Numbered from the stretch's first letter, positions 17,228 through 29,317 are shown. The stretch is DNA of 32,000 nucleotides from Aliivibrio fischeri ES114 (GCF_000011805.1 NC_006840.2); one strand, 5' to 3'. Notes: generated by a model from the sequence alone, not told the origin. Program-made: numbers and translations.

Positions 17228-19078
17228 ATGTTATTACAGATTGCTGAACCAGGACAAAGTGCTGTACCGCACCAACATAAACTGGCGGTAGGTATTGATT
17301 TAGGAACAACAAACTCTTTGGTTGCTTCAGTTCGAAGCGGTGAAGCTAAAACATTACCAGACATGAAAGGTAATGTTATTTTGCCATCTGTTGTTCAGTA
17401 TCAAGAAGATAAAATTTGTGTAGGCATGAATGCATACCAATCTGCAGCAATGGATCCACAAAATACCATTATTTCTGTAAAACGTTTAATGGGACGTTCA
17501 CTTAAAGATATCCAAGCTCGTTATCCTGAGCTTCCATATCAATTTTCAGAAAGTGAAAATGGATTACCAGTAATTCAAACCGCTCAAGGTGAAGTAAACC
17601 CTATTCAGGTATCATCTGAAATCTTAAAATCGTTATCACGTCGTGCTCAAGATACACTAGGTGGTGAGTTAGAAGGGGTAGTAATTACCGTTCCTGCTTA
17701 TTTTGATGATGCACAACGTGCAGGTACTAAGGATGCTGCGACATTAGCAGGTCTAAATGTTCTTCGTCTACTCAATGAGCCGACTGCAGCGGCAATCGCA
17801 TACGGTTTAGATTCAGGTCAAGAAGGTGTTATTGCCGTTTACGATTTAGGTGGTGGTACGTTTGATATTTCAATCTTACGCTTATCTAAAGGTGTATTTG
17901 AAGTGCTTGCGACTGGTGGTGATTCTGCGTTAGGCGGTGATGATTTCGACCATGTTCTAGCTCAGTGGATTAAAGAGCAAGCAGGTATTACTAGTCCGCT
18001 ATCAAGCCAAGAACAACGTGAATTATTGACATTAGCAACACAAACAAAAGTTGCATTGTCTGATAGCGATAACGTTAAGATCAGTTTTAAAGATTGGAGT
18101 GGTGAGATTAGCGTTGAGCTTTTCAATAGTCTAATTCAACCTTTGATTAAAAAGACACTAATGGCATGTCGTCGTGCACTTAAAGATGCGGATATTACTT
18201 CAGAAGAAGTGATGGAAGTGGTTATGGTTGGTGGTTCAACACGAACGCCATTTGTACGTACTTCTGTTGGTGATTACTTTGGTCAAACGCCATTAACTAG
18301 CATCGACCCAGATCAAGTTGTTGCGATTGGTGCTGCGATTCAAGCGGATATCTTAGTGGGTAATAAACCTGATTCTGAAATGTTACTGCTTGATGTTATT
18401 CCACTTTCTCTCGGTATTGAAACCATGGGTGGACTTGTTGAAAAGATCATTCCACGTAATACCACGATCCCTGTAGCAAAAGCGCAGGAGTTCACCACAT
18501 TTAAAGATGGGCAAACTGGCATGATGGTGCACGTTGTTCAAGGTGAACGAGAGATGGTTGAAGATGGTCGCTCTTTGGCTCGCTTCTCTTTAAAAGGGAT
18601 TCCACCAATGGCGGCGGGTGCTGCACATATTCGTGTAACTTATCAAGTCGATGCTGATGGTTTACTTTCTGTTACTGCAATGGAAAAGAGTACTGGCGTT
18701 CAATCTCATATCCAAGTTAAACCGTCTTATGGTTTAAGTGATAATGAGGTGGCTAATATGCTTAAAGATTCAATGACGTATGCAAAAGAAGATATGAAAG
18801 CACGTGCATTAGCTGAACAGCAAGTCGAAGCGGATCGAGTTATTGAAGGGTTAGTTGTTGCACTTAATAATGATGGTGATGCGTTACTGTCAAAAGAAGA
18901 GCAAGCTGAAATTTTACAAGCAATTGAAGCGTTAATCACATTACGTCAAGGTACTGATGCGCAAGCAATTGAAGATGGAATTAAAAAGGCTGATGAAGCA
19001 AGTCAAGAATTTGCAGCGCGTCGAATGGACGCCTCAATTCGAGCTGCATTGGCTGGTCAATCTATTGATGAGGTATAG
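17228..19078 (+). CDS. hscA: Fe-S assembly chaperone HscA (Hsp70 family)
   Basis: [62 protein letters not shown]. Confidence 0.97.
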   Translation: MLLQIAEPGQSAVPHQHKLAVGIDLGTTNSLVASVRSGEAKTLPDMKGNVILPSVVQYQEDKICVGMNAYQSAAMDPQNTIISVKRLMGRSLKDIQARYPELPYQFSESENGLPVIQTAQGEVNPIQVSSEILKSLSRRAQDTLGGELEGVVITVPAYFDDAQRAGTKDAATLAGLNVLRLLNEPTAAAIAYGLDSGQEGVIAVYDLGGGTFDISILRLSKGVFEVLATGGDSALGGDDFDHVLAQWIKEQAGITSPLSSQEQRELLTLATQTKVALSDSDNVKISFKDWSGEISVELFNSLIQPLIKKTLMACRRALKDADITSEEVMEVVMVGGSTRTPFVRTSVGDYFGQTPLTSIDPDQVVAIGAAIQADILVGNKPDSEMLLLDVIPLSLGIETMGGLVEKIIPRNTTIPVAKAQEFTTFKDGQTGMMVHVVQGEREMVEDGRSLARFSLKGIPPMAAGAAHIRVTYQVDADGLLSVTAMEKSTGVQSHIQVKPSYGLSDNEVANMLKDSMTYAKEDMKARALAEQQVEADRVIEGLVVALNNDGDALLSKEEQAEILQAIEALITLRQGTDAQAIEDGIKKADEASQEFAARRMDASIRAALAGQSIDEV

Positions 19079-19080
19079 AA

Positions 19081-19419
19081 ATGCCAAAAATTATCGTTCT
19101 ACCACATGAAGAATTATGTCCAGAAGGGGCGGTTCTTGAAGCAAATGAAGGCGACAGTGTTTTAGATGTTGCTTTAAAAAACGGCATTGGCATTGAGCAT
19201 GCGTGTGAGAAATCATGTGCTTGTACAACATGTCACGTTATTATTCGTGAAGGCTTTGACTCACTAGAGGAAAGCGACGAATTAGAAGATGATATGTTAG
19301 ATAAAGCATGGGGACTTGAACCTGAATCTCGCTTAGGTTGCCAAGCTTTAGTTGCACAAGAAGACCTTGTGGTAGAAATTCCAAAATATACTTTAAACTT
19401 AGCATCAGAAGACCATTAA
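19081..19419 (+). CDS. fdx: ISC system 2Fe-2S ferredoxin
   Basis: HACEKSCACTTCHVIIREGFDSLEESDELEDDMLDKAWGLEPESRLGCQA. Confidence 0.97.
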   Translation: MPKIIVLPHEELCPEGAVLEANEGDSVLDVALKNGIGIEHACEKSCACTTCHVIIREGFDSLEESDELEDDMLDKAWGLEPESRLGCQALVAQEDLVVEIPKYTLNLASEDH

Positions 19420-19451
19420 TTTTTCTTTTATTAAGCTAAAGTAGTTAAGAG

Positions 19452-19500
19452 GGCAAGTATTGAGAAGTAAGTAATTACTCCCCTCAAGCTTGCCTTTTTT
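19452..19500 (+). terminator. Hairpin terminator between fdx and iscX
   Basis: GGCAAGTATTGAG...CTCAAGCTTGCC followed by TTTTTT. Confidence 0.75.
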
Positions 19501-19541
19501 ATTAGTAACAAATAGCAAATCAAAATAATAAGGAGTTTATT

Positions 19542-19742
19542 ATGAGTTTGAAATGGATTGATTCGAGAGATATTGCAATTGAATTACTTGATAAATACCC
19601 AGATACCGATCCAAAAACAGTGCGTTTTACTGATTTATACCAATGGGTATTAGAGTTAGAAGATTTTGATGATGATCCTAAGCATTCTGGTGAAAAAGTG
19701 CTAGAAGCCATCGTATTATGTTGGATGGACGAGTGGGATTAG
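19542..19742 (+). CDS. iscX: Fe-S cluster assembly protein IscX
   Basis: [57 protein letters not shown]. Confidence 0.95.
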   Translation: MSLKWIDSRDIAIELLDKYPDTDPKTVRFTDLYQWVLELEDFDDDPKHSGEKVLEAIVLCWMDEWD

Positions 19743-19972
19743 TTTTTTACCATTTATGATTCGCTTTTAGAAAGTATAAAATCCCATCACCAGCTTGGAT
19801 CTACCTCTTACATTTTAGTGAAATACCTTGTATCACTAGTGTAAAGTAGGCAAATTGTATAAAAAGATGGATGTTTTATTCATTTATAACCGGTCGACGT
19901 TCACGCAATATAAGTAATCATATGCAATTAAATGATGTTATGGAGTTATTGCGTATTTAAAGGAGATACACC

Positions 19973-21259
19973 ATGTCACAAAAGATGACTGTACAACTTT
20001 CATCAACCGCAGCCCCTGCCCATTGGGGGGACAAAGCTATATTGTCTTTTACTTCTGAAGCTGCCGTTATTCATTGTATTGAAAGTGACGTATACAGTCT
20101 TATCCAGCGAGCGGCTCGTAAATTAAATTCACAAGGTTTAACCGCTGTTGAACTTGAGGGTGTCGACTGGGACCTTGAATCTATTTGGTCATTTATTCAA
20201 GGTTTCCGTGACTCTAAAAATAGCGATGATGTGAGTTGGACTGCATTAAGTGAAAATGATGAAAAAGAGTTAAACGCTCGAATTCTAACAACGAATTGGA
20301 CTCGTCAAATCATTAATAAAACGGCTGAAGAAGTCGCTCCTCGTCAACTTGCTACTATGGCCGCAGAGTTTATTAAATCCGTTGCTCCAGAAGGCACTGT
20401 CACAACTAAGATTGTAAAAGATAAAGATCTTCTAACTCAAGGTTGGACGGGGATTTATGCCGTAGGCCGTGGCTCAGAACGTACCTCTGCAATGTTACAG
20501 TTAGACTATAACCCTACTGGAGACGAAAATGCGCCAGTATTTGCTTGTCTAGTAGGTAAAGGCATTACGTTTGATTCTGGTGGTTACAGTATTAAACCAT
20601 CAGCAGGTATGGCATCGATGAAAGCGGATATGGGAGGATCTGCATTAGTGACAGCAGGTCTTGCGATGTCGATTCTTCGTGGTTTAGATAAGCGTGTTAA
20701 GCTGATTCTATGTTGTGCTGAAAATATGATTTCAGGCCGAGCATTAAAGTTAGGTGATATCATCACTTATAAAAATGGTAAGACAGTAGAAATTCTAAAT
20801 ACGGATGCAGAAGGACGTTTAGTTTTGGCTGATGGTCTTCAGTTTGCATCAGAGCAAAAACCTGAACTTATAATTGACTGTGCGACGCTAACGGGTGCAG
20901 CGAAAATGGCTGTAGGTAATGATTTCCATTCACTATTAAGTTTTGATGAAGCATTGAGCCAAAAAGCGTTAAATGCGGCTCAAGAAGAGAATGAAGGTCT
21001 ATGGCGTTTACCATTGATGGAATTCCACCGAGCTATGCTGCCATCAAACTTTGCTGATTTAGCGAATATTGGTTCTGGCCCATATTCTCCGGGTGCAAGT
21101 ACTGCCGCAGGCTTTTTATCTTACTTTGTTGAAGATTATCAGAAAGGATGGATTCATATGGACTGCTCAGCGACGTATCGCACAGCGCCATCTGATAAGT
21201 GGGCAGCCGGTGCGACCGGAGTGGGTGTAAGAACACTTGCTAATATCTTAACTAAATAA
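19973..21259 (+). CDS. pepB: Aminopeptidase PepB (M17)
   Basis: [36 protein letters not shown] and [17 protein letters not shown]. Confidence 0.93.
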   Translation: MSQKMTVQLSSTAAPAHWGDKAILSFTSEAAVIHCIESDVYSLIQRAARKLNSQGLTAVELEGVDWDLESIWSFIQGFRDSKNSDDVSWTALSENDEKELNARILTTNWTRQIINKTAEEVAPRQLATMAAEFIKSVAPEGTVTTKIVKDKDLLTQGWTGIYAVGRGSERTSAMLQLDYNPTGDENAPVFACLVGKGITFDSGGYSIKPSAGMASMKADMGGSALVTAGLAMSILRGLDKRVKLILCCAENMISGRALKLGDIITYKNGKTVEILNTDAEGRLVLADGLQFASEQKPELIIDCATLTGAAKMAVGNDFHSLLSFDEALSQKALNAAQEENEGLWRLPLMEFHRAMLPSNFADLANIGSGPYSPGASTAAGFLSYFVEDYQKGWIHMDCSATYRTAPSDKWAAGATGVGVRTLANILTK

Positions 21260-21266
21260 TTAAAAT

Positions 21267-21296
21267 GAAGATCGAGCTCGCTCGGTCTTCTTTTTT
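21267..21296 (+). terminator. Terminator after pepB
   Basis: GAAGATCGAGC-tc-GCTCGGTCTTCTTTTTT. Confidence 0.8.
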
Positions 21297-21547
21297 AACA
21301 GCTAATTCCTATCAGTATTTATACTAATTGTAAGTAAATAATAACTGGTCATCCTAGCTTGTTAAAATACTCGATAACGGCGTTGTTTTTTTGATTTTAG
21401 AGTTACTGCTTATCGAAAAATCCCGTCTTGTTCTCAAGTCTTTTTTCTTTGCTATTTCTGAGCATTGACTTACTGTGATTGGTATTAGATAAATAAGTAC
21501 TGATTGAAATTAATATAAGAAGTAAAAGAAACCTAAAGGAAAGTAGA

Positions 21548-21982
21548 ATGACAATAGAACGTACTTTTTCAATTGTAAAACCAGATGCCGTTAAGCGTAA
21601 CTTAATTGGTGCTATTTACCGTCGTATTGAAAAAACAGGTATGCAAATCGTTGCTGCTAAAATGCTTCGTTTAACTAAAGAACAAGCAGAAGGCTTTTAT
21701 GCTGAGCATGAAGGAAAAGAGTTTTTTGATGAATTAGTGGCATACATGATGTCAGGACCTGTAATGGTTCAAGTTCTTGAAGGTGAAAATGCGGTTGTAC
21801 GCTACCGTGAGCTAATGGGTAAAACTAACCCAGAAGAAGCAGCGTGTGGCTCACTACGAGCGGATTATGCAATTAGCATGCGTTACAACTCTGTTCACGG
21901 TGCTGATAGCCCAGAATCTGCAGCACGTGAGATTGCGTATTTCTTTGCTGAAGATGAAATCTGCCCACGTCCAGCGGAATAA
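21548..21982 (+). CDS. ndk: Nucleoside diphosphate kinase
   Basis: [24 protein letters not shown] and [20 protein letters not shown]. Confidence 0.97.
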   Translation: MTIERTFSIVKPDAVKRNLIGAIYRRIEKTGMQIVAAKMLRLTKEQAEGFYAEHEGKEFFDELVAYMMSGPVMVQVLEGENAVVRYRELMGKTNPEEAACGSLRADYAISMRYNSVHGADSPESAAREIAYFFAEDEICPRPAE

Positions 21983-22007
21983 TAGGGACGAAAGCCTAAA
22001 ACGCTTG

Positions 22008-22040
22008 CAAGCTCCCTAAAGAATAACGGGAGCTTGTTTT
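22008..22040 (+). terminator. Terminator after ndk
   Basis: CAAGCTCCC-taaagaataac-GGGAGCTTGTTTTG. Confidence 0.85.
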
Positions 22041-22111
22041 GTTGAATGCTAGAACATTGTAATTAATTTCAGAATCATTTTTCTTTTTTGTAGAGACTCT
22101 ACATTCTCTCA

Positions 22112-22140
22112 CTTGAACCTCGAACCTCGAACCTCGAACC
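22112..22140. repeat. Short tandem repeat of a 7-bp unit (TCGAACC)
   Basis: TTGAACC TCGAACC TCGAACC TCGAACC: three exact copies plus one degenerate copy. Confidence 0.85.
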
Positions 22141-22215
22141 CCTAGTAATATCCTCCCAAAGGCTGTACAATTCTGCGCCCATATTCGCGGTGATGTCATT
22201 TATCAGAGAGGCAAC

Positions 22216-23334
22216 ATGACTACAGCTAAAATCAATCTACTGGACTTTGATCGTAAAGGACTTCGAGCATTTTTTTCTGAGGAATTAGGAGAGAAAGCCT
22301 TCCGTGCAGATCAAGTAATGAAGTGGATGTATCACTTTGGTTGTGATGACTTCGATCAAATGAACAACATCAATAAAAAGCTTCGTGAAAAACTAAAGCA
22401 TAAGTGTGAAATTCGCGCACCTTACGTATCAGAAGCACAGCATTCATCTGATGGCACGATTAAGTGGGCGATGAAAGTTGGCGATCAAGACGTAGAAACG
22501 GTATACATCCCTGATGGTGACCGTGCAACGCTTTGTGTATCTTCACAGGTTGGTTGTGCATTAGAATGTAAATTCTGTTCAACAGCTCAACAAGGCTTTA
22601 ACCGTAACCTAAAAGTTTCTGAGATTGTGGGTCAAATCTGGCGTGCAGCTCGTGAAATTGGTCTAGAAAAAGAAACGGGTCGTCGTCCAATTACTAACGT
22701 CGTAATGATGGGGATGGGTGAGCCATTACTTAACATGAAAAACCTAATTCCAGCATTAGAAATTATGCTAGATGATTTAGGTTTTGCTCTATCTAAGCGT
22801 CGTGTAACTGTTTCTACATCAGGTGTTGTTTCTGGTCTTGACCAAATGACAGGTAAAATTGATGTTGCATTAGCGATTTCGCTGCATGCACCAACTGATG
22901 AACTTCGTAGCCAAATTATGCCTATCAACGATCGTTGGGATATTGATGCGTTTTTAGCTTCAGTTCGTCGTTACATTGCATCATCAAATGCAAACCGTGG
23001 TCGTGTAACGGTTGAGTATGTTCTTCTTGATCATGTTAATGACGATATGGATCATGCAAGACAACTCGCAGAATTGCTAAAAGATACGCCTGCGAAGATT
23101 AATTTGATTCCATTTAACCCTTATCCTGGGTCACCATATAAGAAACCAAGTAACTCACGTATTGATCGTTTCATGAAAACCTTAATGGAATACGACTATA
23201 CCGTGACAATTCGTAAAACTCGTGGCGATGATATCGATGCTGCTTGTGGTCAATTAGTTGGTGATGTAATCGACAGAACTAAACGCACTAAAGTTAAACA
23301 GCAAGGTGAGGCAATCCCTGTAAAAACTGTTTAA
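22216..23334 (+). CDS. rlmN: Dual-specificity 23S rRNA/tRNA adenine-C2 methyltransferase RlmN
   Basis: [26 protein letters not shown] radical SAM CxxxCxxC; [12 protein letters not shown]; [16 protein letters not shown]. Confidence 0.97.
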   Translation: MTTAKINLLDFDRKGLRAFFSEELGEKAFRADQVMKWMYHFGCDDFDQMNNINKKLREKLKHKCEIRAPYVSEAQHSSDGTIKWAMKVGDQDVETVYIPDGDRATLCVSSQVGCALECKFCSTAQQGFNRNLKVSEIVGQIWRAAREIGLEKETGRRPITNVVMMGMGEPLLNMKNLIPALEIMLDDLGFALSKRRVTVSTSGVVSGLDQMTGKIDVALAISLHAPTDELRSQIMPINDRWDIDAFLASVRRYIASSNANRGRVTVEYVLLDHVNDDMDHARQLAELLKDTPAKINLIPFNPYPGSPYKKPSNSRIDRFMKTLMEYDYTVTIRKTRGDDIDAACGQLVGDVIDRTKRTKVKQQGEAIPVKTV

Positions 23335-23364
23335 TCTTGGTGTATTACAGCAAGGGAAGGCAGG

Positions 23365-24136
23365 ATGAGAAAATGGAGTGCAGCACTATTAACGATTGGA
23401 TTGTTAACAAGTGCTGGTTGCGTCACTGTTGACGAAGCCGATGAAATGACCAAAGAAGAGGTAATTCGAGCTGCTGAAGCTCGAATTACACTTGGATTAA
23501 GCTACTTAAATGCGGGCGATATGATGAAAGCTCGCGAGAATTTGGAACTGGCTGTACAATACGCTCCCGACTATTACCGCTCTCAAACCTCCCTCGCTTA
23601 TTATTATCAACAAGTAGAAGAAGACGATTTAGCTGAAAAGGCATACAAACGAGCATTACGTTATTCGTCAAAAAATGGTAATGTATTAAATAACTACGGC
23701 GTTTTTCTATGTAAAAAGGGCCGATATGAGGAAGCTCAAGAGAAGTTTACTCAAGCAATAGACCAACCTTACTACTATCTTGTCTCGGCAAGTTATGAAA
23801 ATGCAGCGATGTGCGCATTAAGTAGTGGGGATAAAGTGACAGCAAAAAGGTATTTTGAGCGCTCGTTGGCTCATGATCCGAATCGGATTCGCTCGACCCT
23901 TCAATTGGCTAAATTGAATATTGACGAAGGTAACTATTCAGAACCGAGAATTTCGCTGTTTAAATTTAATAAGAAGTACGGATACAAACCCGTTTAGCCT
24001 AAGCTTACTCATAGAATTAGAAAAAAAAGCAGGCAATGCGCATTTAGTTAAAAAATACGCAAATATTCTGGGGAAAGAGTATCCGGACTCGCGAGAATAT
24101 CAGAATTATATAAATCATGACGACAGAACATATTGA
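23365..24136 (+). CDS. pilW: Type IV pilus biogenesis/stability protein PilW (PilF), apparently split by a +1 frame break near 23989
   Basis: ORF 23365-23997 encodes a lipoprotein-type signal (LLTSAGC) with TPR repeats, then stops. The next frame continues with SLSLLIELEKKAGNAHLVKKYANILGKEYPDSREYQNYINHDDRTY to 24136. Confidence 0.75.
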
Positions 24137-25031
24137 AGAAACAGTAGAAACATTTATCGCACCTGGCCTATTACTAAAAGAGGCTCGTAAAGAATTAAAT
24201 TTAACGCTTGAGGATATCTCTTCGCGTTTACGATTACGTGTGGAAGTACTAGAACAGATAGAAGCAGATCAATTTGACATGGGTAAACTAGCCACGTTTA
24301 CCCGTGGTTACTACCGTTCATACGCTAAAGTAGTAAATGTTCCTGAACAAAAAGTACTTGATGCGTTAGATCAACTTGGTAAAGCACAAATTGAACAACA
24401 TGATATGCAAAGTTTTTCTCGTAAAACGAAGAGAGATAAACACGATAACCGCATTATGAAACTAACATGGGTTATTTTTGCGTTGATCTTAGGTATGTCT
24501 GTATTGTGGTGGTGGCAAGAGCAAGCACAACTTGAAAGTGCCAATGATGCTGAGTTAATTGCAGAAGTTGAAACCGCTAAATCAATGGAACAAGTTGAAG
24601 AAAATAAAACTGATGCACCTCAAACTGAAGAAACAGCACCAACATTAGATGAGGCTGAAATGCTTCAACTAGATACTAATATTTCAGAGCTAGAGACTGA
24701 CTCGAAAACGCTTGAAAAAGAAACCATCAAAGAGTCTGAAGCTCCTGTAGAAATCAAAAAAGAAGAACCAGTAGCTGAAAAAGCCGTTGTTACGGAAGAT
24801 GTTGTAATGACATTTAGTAGCGACTGCTGGTTACAAGTACAAGACGCTTCAAATAATCGCCTATACTCAGGTGTGAAAAAATCGAATCAAACACTAAAAT
24901 TAACAGGTAAAGCACCTTATAAATTAGTTATTGGCGCTCCAAGTGCGGTAACACTTACTTATAAAGGCAAACCAGTTGATTTATCTGTATACCCTGCAGG
25001 TAAAGTTGCACGATTAACCCTACCTCAATAA
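24117..25031 (+). CDS. rodZ: Cytoskeleton protein RodZ
   Basis: Cytoplasmic HTH (LKEARKELNLTLEDISSRLRLRVEVLEQIE), FTRGYYRSYAKVVNV, single TM, C-terminal DCWLQVQDASNNRLYSGVKK domain. Confidence 0.93.
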   Translation: MTTEHIEETVETFIAPGLLLKEARKELNLTLEDISSRLRLRVEVLEQIEADQFDMGKLATFTRGYYRSYAKVVNVPEQKVLDALDQLGKAQIEQHDMQSFSRKTKRDKHDNRIMKLTWVIFALILGMSVLWWWQEQAQLESANDAELIAEVETAKSMEQVEENKTDAPQTEETAPTLDEAEMLQLDTNISELETDSKTLEKETIKESEAPVEIKKEEPVAEKAVVTEDVVMTFSSDCWLQVQDASNNRLYSGVKKSNQTLKLTGKAPYKLVIGAPSAVTLTYKGKPVDLSVYPAGKVARLTLPQ

Positions 25032-25043
25032 TGAGTTGATTCC

Positions 25044-26162
25044 ATGCATATAGAGTCCCCAATTAAACGTCGTCAATCTACTCGCATTTATGTGGGTAAT
25101 GTTCCTATTGGTGATGGTGCTCCCATTGCCGTTCAATCAATGACGAATACACGTACTACTGATGTAGATGCCACTGTTGCTCAAATTAAGTCTCTTGAAA
25201 AAGTAGGCGCAGATATTGTTCGAGTTTCTGTACCGACAATGGACGCTGCTGAAGCATTCAAAGTAATTAAACAACAGGTATCAGTTCCACTGGTTGCTGA
25301 TATTCATTTTGACTACCGTATTGCTCTTCAAGTTGCGGAGTATGGTGTTGATTGTTTACGTATTAACCCTGGTAATATTGGTAATGAACAGCGTATTCGC
25401 TCAGTAGTTGATTGCGCTCGTGATAAAAACATTCCAATTCGAATTGGTGTTAACGGCGGCTCATTAGAAAAAGACATTCAAGCGAAATACAAAGAACCAA
25501 CAGCTGAAGCATTATTAGAATCAGCAATGCGTCATGTTGATATTTTAGACCGTCTTAATTTTGATCAATTTAAAGTAAGTGTAAAAGCATCAGATGTTTT
25601 CCTTGCGGTTGATTCATATCGTCTATTAGCAAAACAAATTGCTCAGCCATTACATTTAGGCATTACTGAAGCGGGTGGTGCTCGTGCAGGTTCTGTTAAA
25701 TCAGCGGTTGGTTTGGGTATGCTGTTATCTGAAGGTATCGGTGACACATTACGCATTTCTTTAGCTGCGGATCCCGTTGAAGAGATCAAAGTTGGTTTTG
25801 ATATCTTAAAATCATTGCGTATTCGTTCTCGTGGTATTAACTTCATTGCTTGTCCTACGTGCTCTCGTCAAGAGTTCGATGTGATAGCAACAGTGAATGA
25901 GCTTGAGCAACGTTTAGAAGATTTAATCACACCAATGGATGTCTCTCTTATTGGATGTGTAGTAAATGGCCCTGGTGAAGCTGAAGTTTCGCATATGGGT
26001 ATCGCGGGAAGTAACCGTAAGAGTGCTTTTTATGAAGACGGAGTACGTCAGAAAGAGCGCTTTGATAACGACAACATTGTTGATCAGCTAGAAGCAAAGA
26101 TCCGCGCAAAAGCGGCAACGTTATCAAAAGAAAACCAAATTGATATCAATCAGATCGACTGA
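25044..26162 (+). CDS. ispG: 4-hydroxy-3-methylbut-2-en-1-yl diphosphate synthase IspG
   Basis: [65 protein letters not shown]. Confidence 0.97.
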   Translation: MHIESPIKRRQSTRIYVGNVPIGDGAPIAVQSMTNTRTTDVDATVAQIKSLEKVGADIVRVSVPTMDAAEAFKVIKQQVSVPLVADIHFDYRIALQVAEYGVDCLRINPGNIGNEQRIRSVVDCARDKNIPIRIGVNGGSLEKDIQAKYKEPTAEALLESAMRHVDILDRLNFDQFKVSVKASDVFLAVDSYRLLAKQIAQPLHLGITEAGGARAGSVKSAVGLGMLLSEGIGDTLRISLAADPVEEIKVGFDILKSLRIRSRGINFIACPTCSRQEFDVIATVNELEQRLEDLITPMDVSLIGCVVNGPGEAEVSHMGIAGSNRKSAFYEDGVRQKERFDNDNIVDQLEAKIRAKAATLSKENQIDINQID

Positions 26163-26200
26163 TTGGTAGTAGATATAAACAAACCCATTGGGAAGTAAAC

Positions 26201-27469
26201 GTGGCTAAAACAATCCAAGCAATTCGAGGCATGAATGATTGCCTTCCAACACAGTCTCCATTGTGGCAAAAAGTTGAAGGTAGCGTAAAACGCGTTATCA
26301 GCGCATATGGTTATAACGAAGTTCGTATGCCAATTGTTGAGCAAACTCATCTATTTAAACGCGCTATCGGTGAAGTAACTGATGTTGTAGAAAAAGAGAT
26401 GTATACGTTTGAAGACCGTAATGGCGATAGCTTGACTCTTCGTCCAGAAGGTACAGCGGGTTGTGTTCGTGCAGGTATTGAAAATGGTTTACTGTACAAC
26501 CAAGAGCAACGTTTATGGTACATGGGTCCAATGTTCCGTCATGAACGTCCTCAAAAAGGTCGTTACCGTCAATTCCACCAAGTAGGTGTTGAAGTTTTTG
26601 GCTTAAATGGTCCTGATGTTGATGCTGAATTGATCATGATGACAGCTCGTTTATGGCGTGAATTAGGTATCGATCAACACGTTCGTTTAGAGTTGAACTC
26701 AATTGGTTCACTAGAAGCTCGTGCTAACTACCGTACAGCATTAGTTGCTTTCTTAGAGCAGCATTTAGATGTATTAGATGAAGATTGTAAGCGTCGTATG
26801 CACACAAACCCAATGCGTGTATTAGATACTAAGAACCCTGATGTTCAAGCTATTTTAGGTGATGCACCTAAGCTATCAGAATACTTAGATGACGATTCTA
26901 AAGCACATTTTTCTGGATTATGTGAACTACTTGACGCTGCTGGCATCCAATATCAAGTTAATGAACGTTTAGTTCGCGGTTTAGATTATTATAACCGTAC
27001 TGTTTTTGAGTGGATTACTGAAAGTCTAGGCGCTCAAGGTACAGTATGTGGTGGTGGTCGTTACGATGGTCTAGTTGAGCAGCTTGGTGGTAAAACAACA
27101 CCAGCAGTTGGCTTTGCTATGGGCTTAGAACGTCTTGTTCTTCTAATGGAAACATTAGAATTAACAGATGTTCGTCGTTCTGTTGACGTATACATGGTAA
27201 CCGCTGGTGAAGGTACACTTATGGCTGGTATGAAACTGGCTGAATCACTACGTGAACAAGTTCCAGGCTTACGAGTTATGTGTCACTTTGGTGGTGGTAA
27301 TTTTAAAAAGCAATTTAAACGTGCTGATAATGCAGGTGCAGCAGTAGCCCTAATCCTAGGTGAAACTGAAGTTGCAGAGCAAACAGTTAACGTTAAAGAT
27401 CTACGTAATGGCGAGCAAGTGACTCTGCCACAATCAGACGTATTCACAAAATTAGCTGAATTGATTTAA
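26201..27469 (+). CDS. hisS: Histidyl-tRNA synthetase
   Basis: [61 protein letters not shown]. Confidence 0.97.
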   Translation: MAKTIQAIRGMNDCLPTQSPLWQKVEGSVKRVISAYGYNEVRMPIVEQTHLFKRAIGEVTDVVEKEMYTFEDRNGDSLTLRPEGTAGCVRAGIENGLLYNQEQRLWYMGPMFRHERPQKGRYRQFHQVGVEVFGLNGPDVDAELIMMTARLWRELGIDQHVRLELNSIGSLEARANYRTALVAFLEQHLDVLDEDCKRRMHTNPMRVLDTKNPDVQAILGDAPKLSEYLDDDSKAHFSGLCELLDAAGIQYQVNERLVRGLDYYNRTVFEWITESLGAQGTVCGGGRYDGLVEQLGGKTTPAVGFAMGLERLVLLMETLELTDVRRSVDVYMVTAGEGTLMAGMKLAESLREQVPGLRVMCHFGGGNFKKQFKRADNAGAAVALILGETEVAEQTVNVKDLRNGEQVTLPQSDVFTKLAELI

Positions 27470-27480
27470 GAGGATAGGAC

Positions 27481-28092
27481 GTGGAAGCCTACGAAACTGA
27501 AGAACAACAAGTTGAAGCCATTAAAAGTTGGTGGAAAGAAAATGGCAAGGCTGTCGTTATTGGTGGTGTTGTTGGTATTGGTGCAATCTTGGGTTGGAAA
27601 TATTACCAATCATCGCAGATCACTGCGAAAGAAACAGCTTCTGCTGCCTATGAAAGAGCGCTAACTGCGTTACAAGCTTCTGGTGCAGATGCGGTTGAAT
27701 CTACACAAGCATTTATTGATGCAAATAAAAGCAGTGAATATGCATCATTAGCGGCACTTCAGTTAGCTAAAGTACAAGTAGAAGCTGGTCAACTTGAAAA
27801 TGCGCTTGAGCAATTAAATTGGGTTGCTAGTAACAGCAAAGACGAATCATTAACAGCAATGGCTCAAGTTCGTTCTGCTCGTATTCAAGCAGAACAAGGT
27901 AACTTTGATGCTGCATTAGCAACATTAGCTAATGTTAAACCAGCAAGCTGGGCTGCTCGTGTTGCTGAATTAAAAGGTGACATTGCACTTCGTCAAGGTG
28001 ATATCGCTACAGCTCGTTCTTCTTATACTGAAGCACTTCAAGCTGGCATGAACCAAGCAGTTCAAATGAAACTGGATGATTTAGCTGAGTAA
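27481..28092 (+). CDS. yfgM: YfgM family tetratricopeptide ancillary protein
   Basis: YETEEQQVEAIKSWWKENGKAVVIGGVVGIGAILGW TM region plus TPR-like C-terminus; position between hisS and bamB. Confidence 0.9.
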   Translation: MEAYETEEQQVEAIKSWWKENGKAVVIGGVVGIGAILGWKYYQSSQITAKETASAAYERALTALQASGADAVESTQAFIDANKSSEYASLAALQLAKVQVEAGQLENALEQLNWVASNSKDESLTAMAQVRSARIQAEQGNFDAALATLANVKPASWAARVAELKGDIALRQGDIATARSSYTEALQAGMNQAVQMKLDDLAE

Positions 28093-28102
28093 GGACAACT
28101 GA

Positions 28103-29260
28103 ATGCGTAAGGTGTTAAAAAAAGCGGCGTTATGTACCTTTGGTTTCTCGATGCTTTTTGGCTGTGCGAGTGAAGAAGATACAATCGTAATGGCACCGGT
28201 TCCTGTTGTTCAGAATCAATTTGAACCAACAACGGAATGGACAAGTTCAATTGGTGATGGTGTTGGACATTATTTTTCGCGTCTAACACCAGTATATGCT
28301 TATCAAAAAATATACGTTGCTAGTCGAGATGGTCTTGTTAAAGCTCTGGATCCTGAAAATGGCAAGACCATTTGGGAAAGAGATTTAGAGCAAGATGATA
28401 CCGCTCGATTATCTGGTGGTTTAACACTGACTTACGGCAAAGTCTTTATCGGTTCTGAAAATGGTGAACTTATCACTCTTGATGCAGAAACCGGTGAAGA
28501 GTTATGGCGTGAGAAGGTGGATGGTGAAGTACTAGCTAAACCACTGGCTGATGAAGGTTACGTCATGGTTCATACTAGCCGCGGAGCATTAATAGCTTTT
28601 GATGCTGAAACGGGTGTAGAGCAATGGCAAATCAATAGTGAAGTACCGAACTTAACACTTCGTGGTGATAGCGCTCCTGTGAGCATTTCAGGCGGTGTGT
28701 TTTGGGGAATGTCTAATGGTCGCTTAGCGGCAGCGTTGATTTCAAAAGGTCAACTATTATGGCAACAACCAGTTGGTACACCAAAAGGTGCGACAGAAAT
28801 TGATCGTTTGGTTGATGTTGATGCATCACCGCTGATCCTTGGTAGTCGACTATATACTGTTGGGTACAATGGACAGTTAATTGCGCTAGATTTACGTACA
28901 GGTCAGCCTGTATGGAAACGCAATTATTCATCAGCTATGAATATGTCATCTGATGGTAAGCGACTTTTCTTAGTAACAGAAAAAGATCATGTTGTTGCTG
29001 TTGATGCTCGAAGCGGTACTGAACTTTGGAGCAACGAAGAACTAGAATATCGTCAATTAACATCACCAATGATCATTGATAGCTATATTGTTTTAGCGGA
29101 TAGCGAAGGTTATTTACATTGGTTAGATAGAGATACTGGACTGTTTATGTCTCAACAAGAGATAGACAGTGATGGTATTGCTGTTTCTCCTATTTTAGTT
29201 GAAGACAGCTTCCTCGTTGTTACTCGCGAAGGCGATATCAAAAAAATGCGAATTAAATAA
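28103..29260 (+). CDS. bamB: Outer-membrane assembly lipoprotein BamB
   Basis: Lipobox FGFSMLFGCAS; PQQ/beta-propeller repeats (DPENGKTIWERDL, DAETGEELWREKV, DLRTGQPVWKRNY, DARSGTELWSNEE). Confidence 0.96.
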   Translation: MRKVLKKAALCTFGFSMLFGCASEEDTIVMAPVPVVQNQFEPTTEWTSSIGDGVGHYFSRLTPVYAYQKIYVASRDGLVKALDPENGKTIWERDLEQDDTARLSGGLTLTYGKVFIGSENGELITLDAETGEELWREKVDGEVLAKPLADEGYVMVHTSRGALIAFDAETGVEQWQINSEVPNLTLRGDSAPVSISGGVFWGMSNGRLAAALISKGQLLWQQPVGTPKGATEIDRLVDVDASPLILGSRLYTVGYNGQLIALDLRTGQPVWKRNYSSAMNMSSDGKRLFLVTEKDHVVAVDARSGTELWSNEELEYRQLTSPMIIDSYIVLADSEGYLHWLDRDTGLFMSQQEIDSDGIAVSPILVEDSFLVVTREGDIKKMRIK

Positions 29261-29285
29261 TATTTATTTGCTATAATTGTGAATT

Positions 29286-29317
29286 GGCTCCAAGTCCTTT
29301 TGGTTTTGGGGCCTTTT
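29286..29317 (+). terminator. Terminator after bamB
   Basis: GGCTCCAA-gtccttttggtt-TTGGGGCCTTTT. Confidence 0.65.

Noticed and set aside
17134-17364. Minus-strand ORF over the hscB-hscA junction
   Set aside because: Antisense to two strongly supported isc genes; no independent evidence.
21996-22199. 67-aa minus-strand ORF between ndk and rlmN
   Set aside because: It spans the ndk terminator, the tandem repeat and the dyad; the [12 protein letters not shown]-like peptide is a translation of the repeat, not a credible protein.
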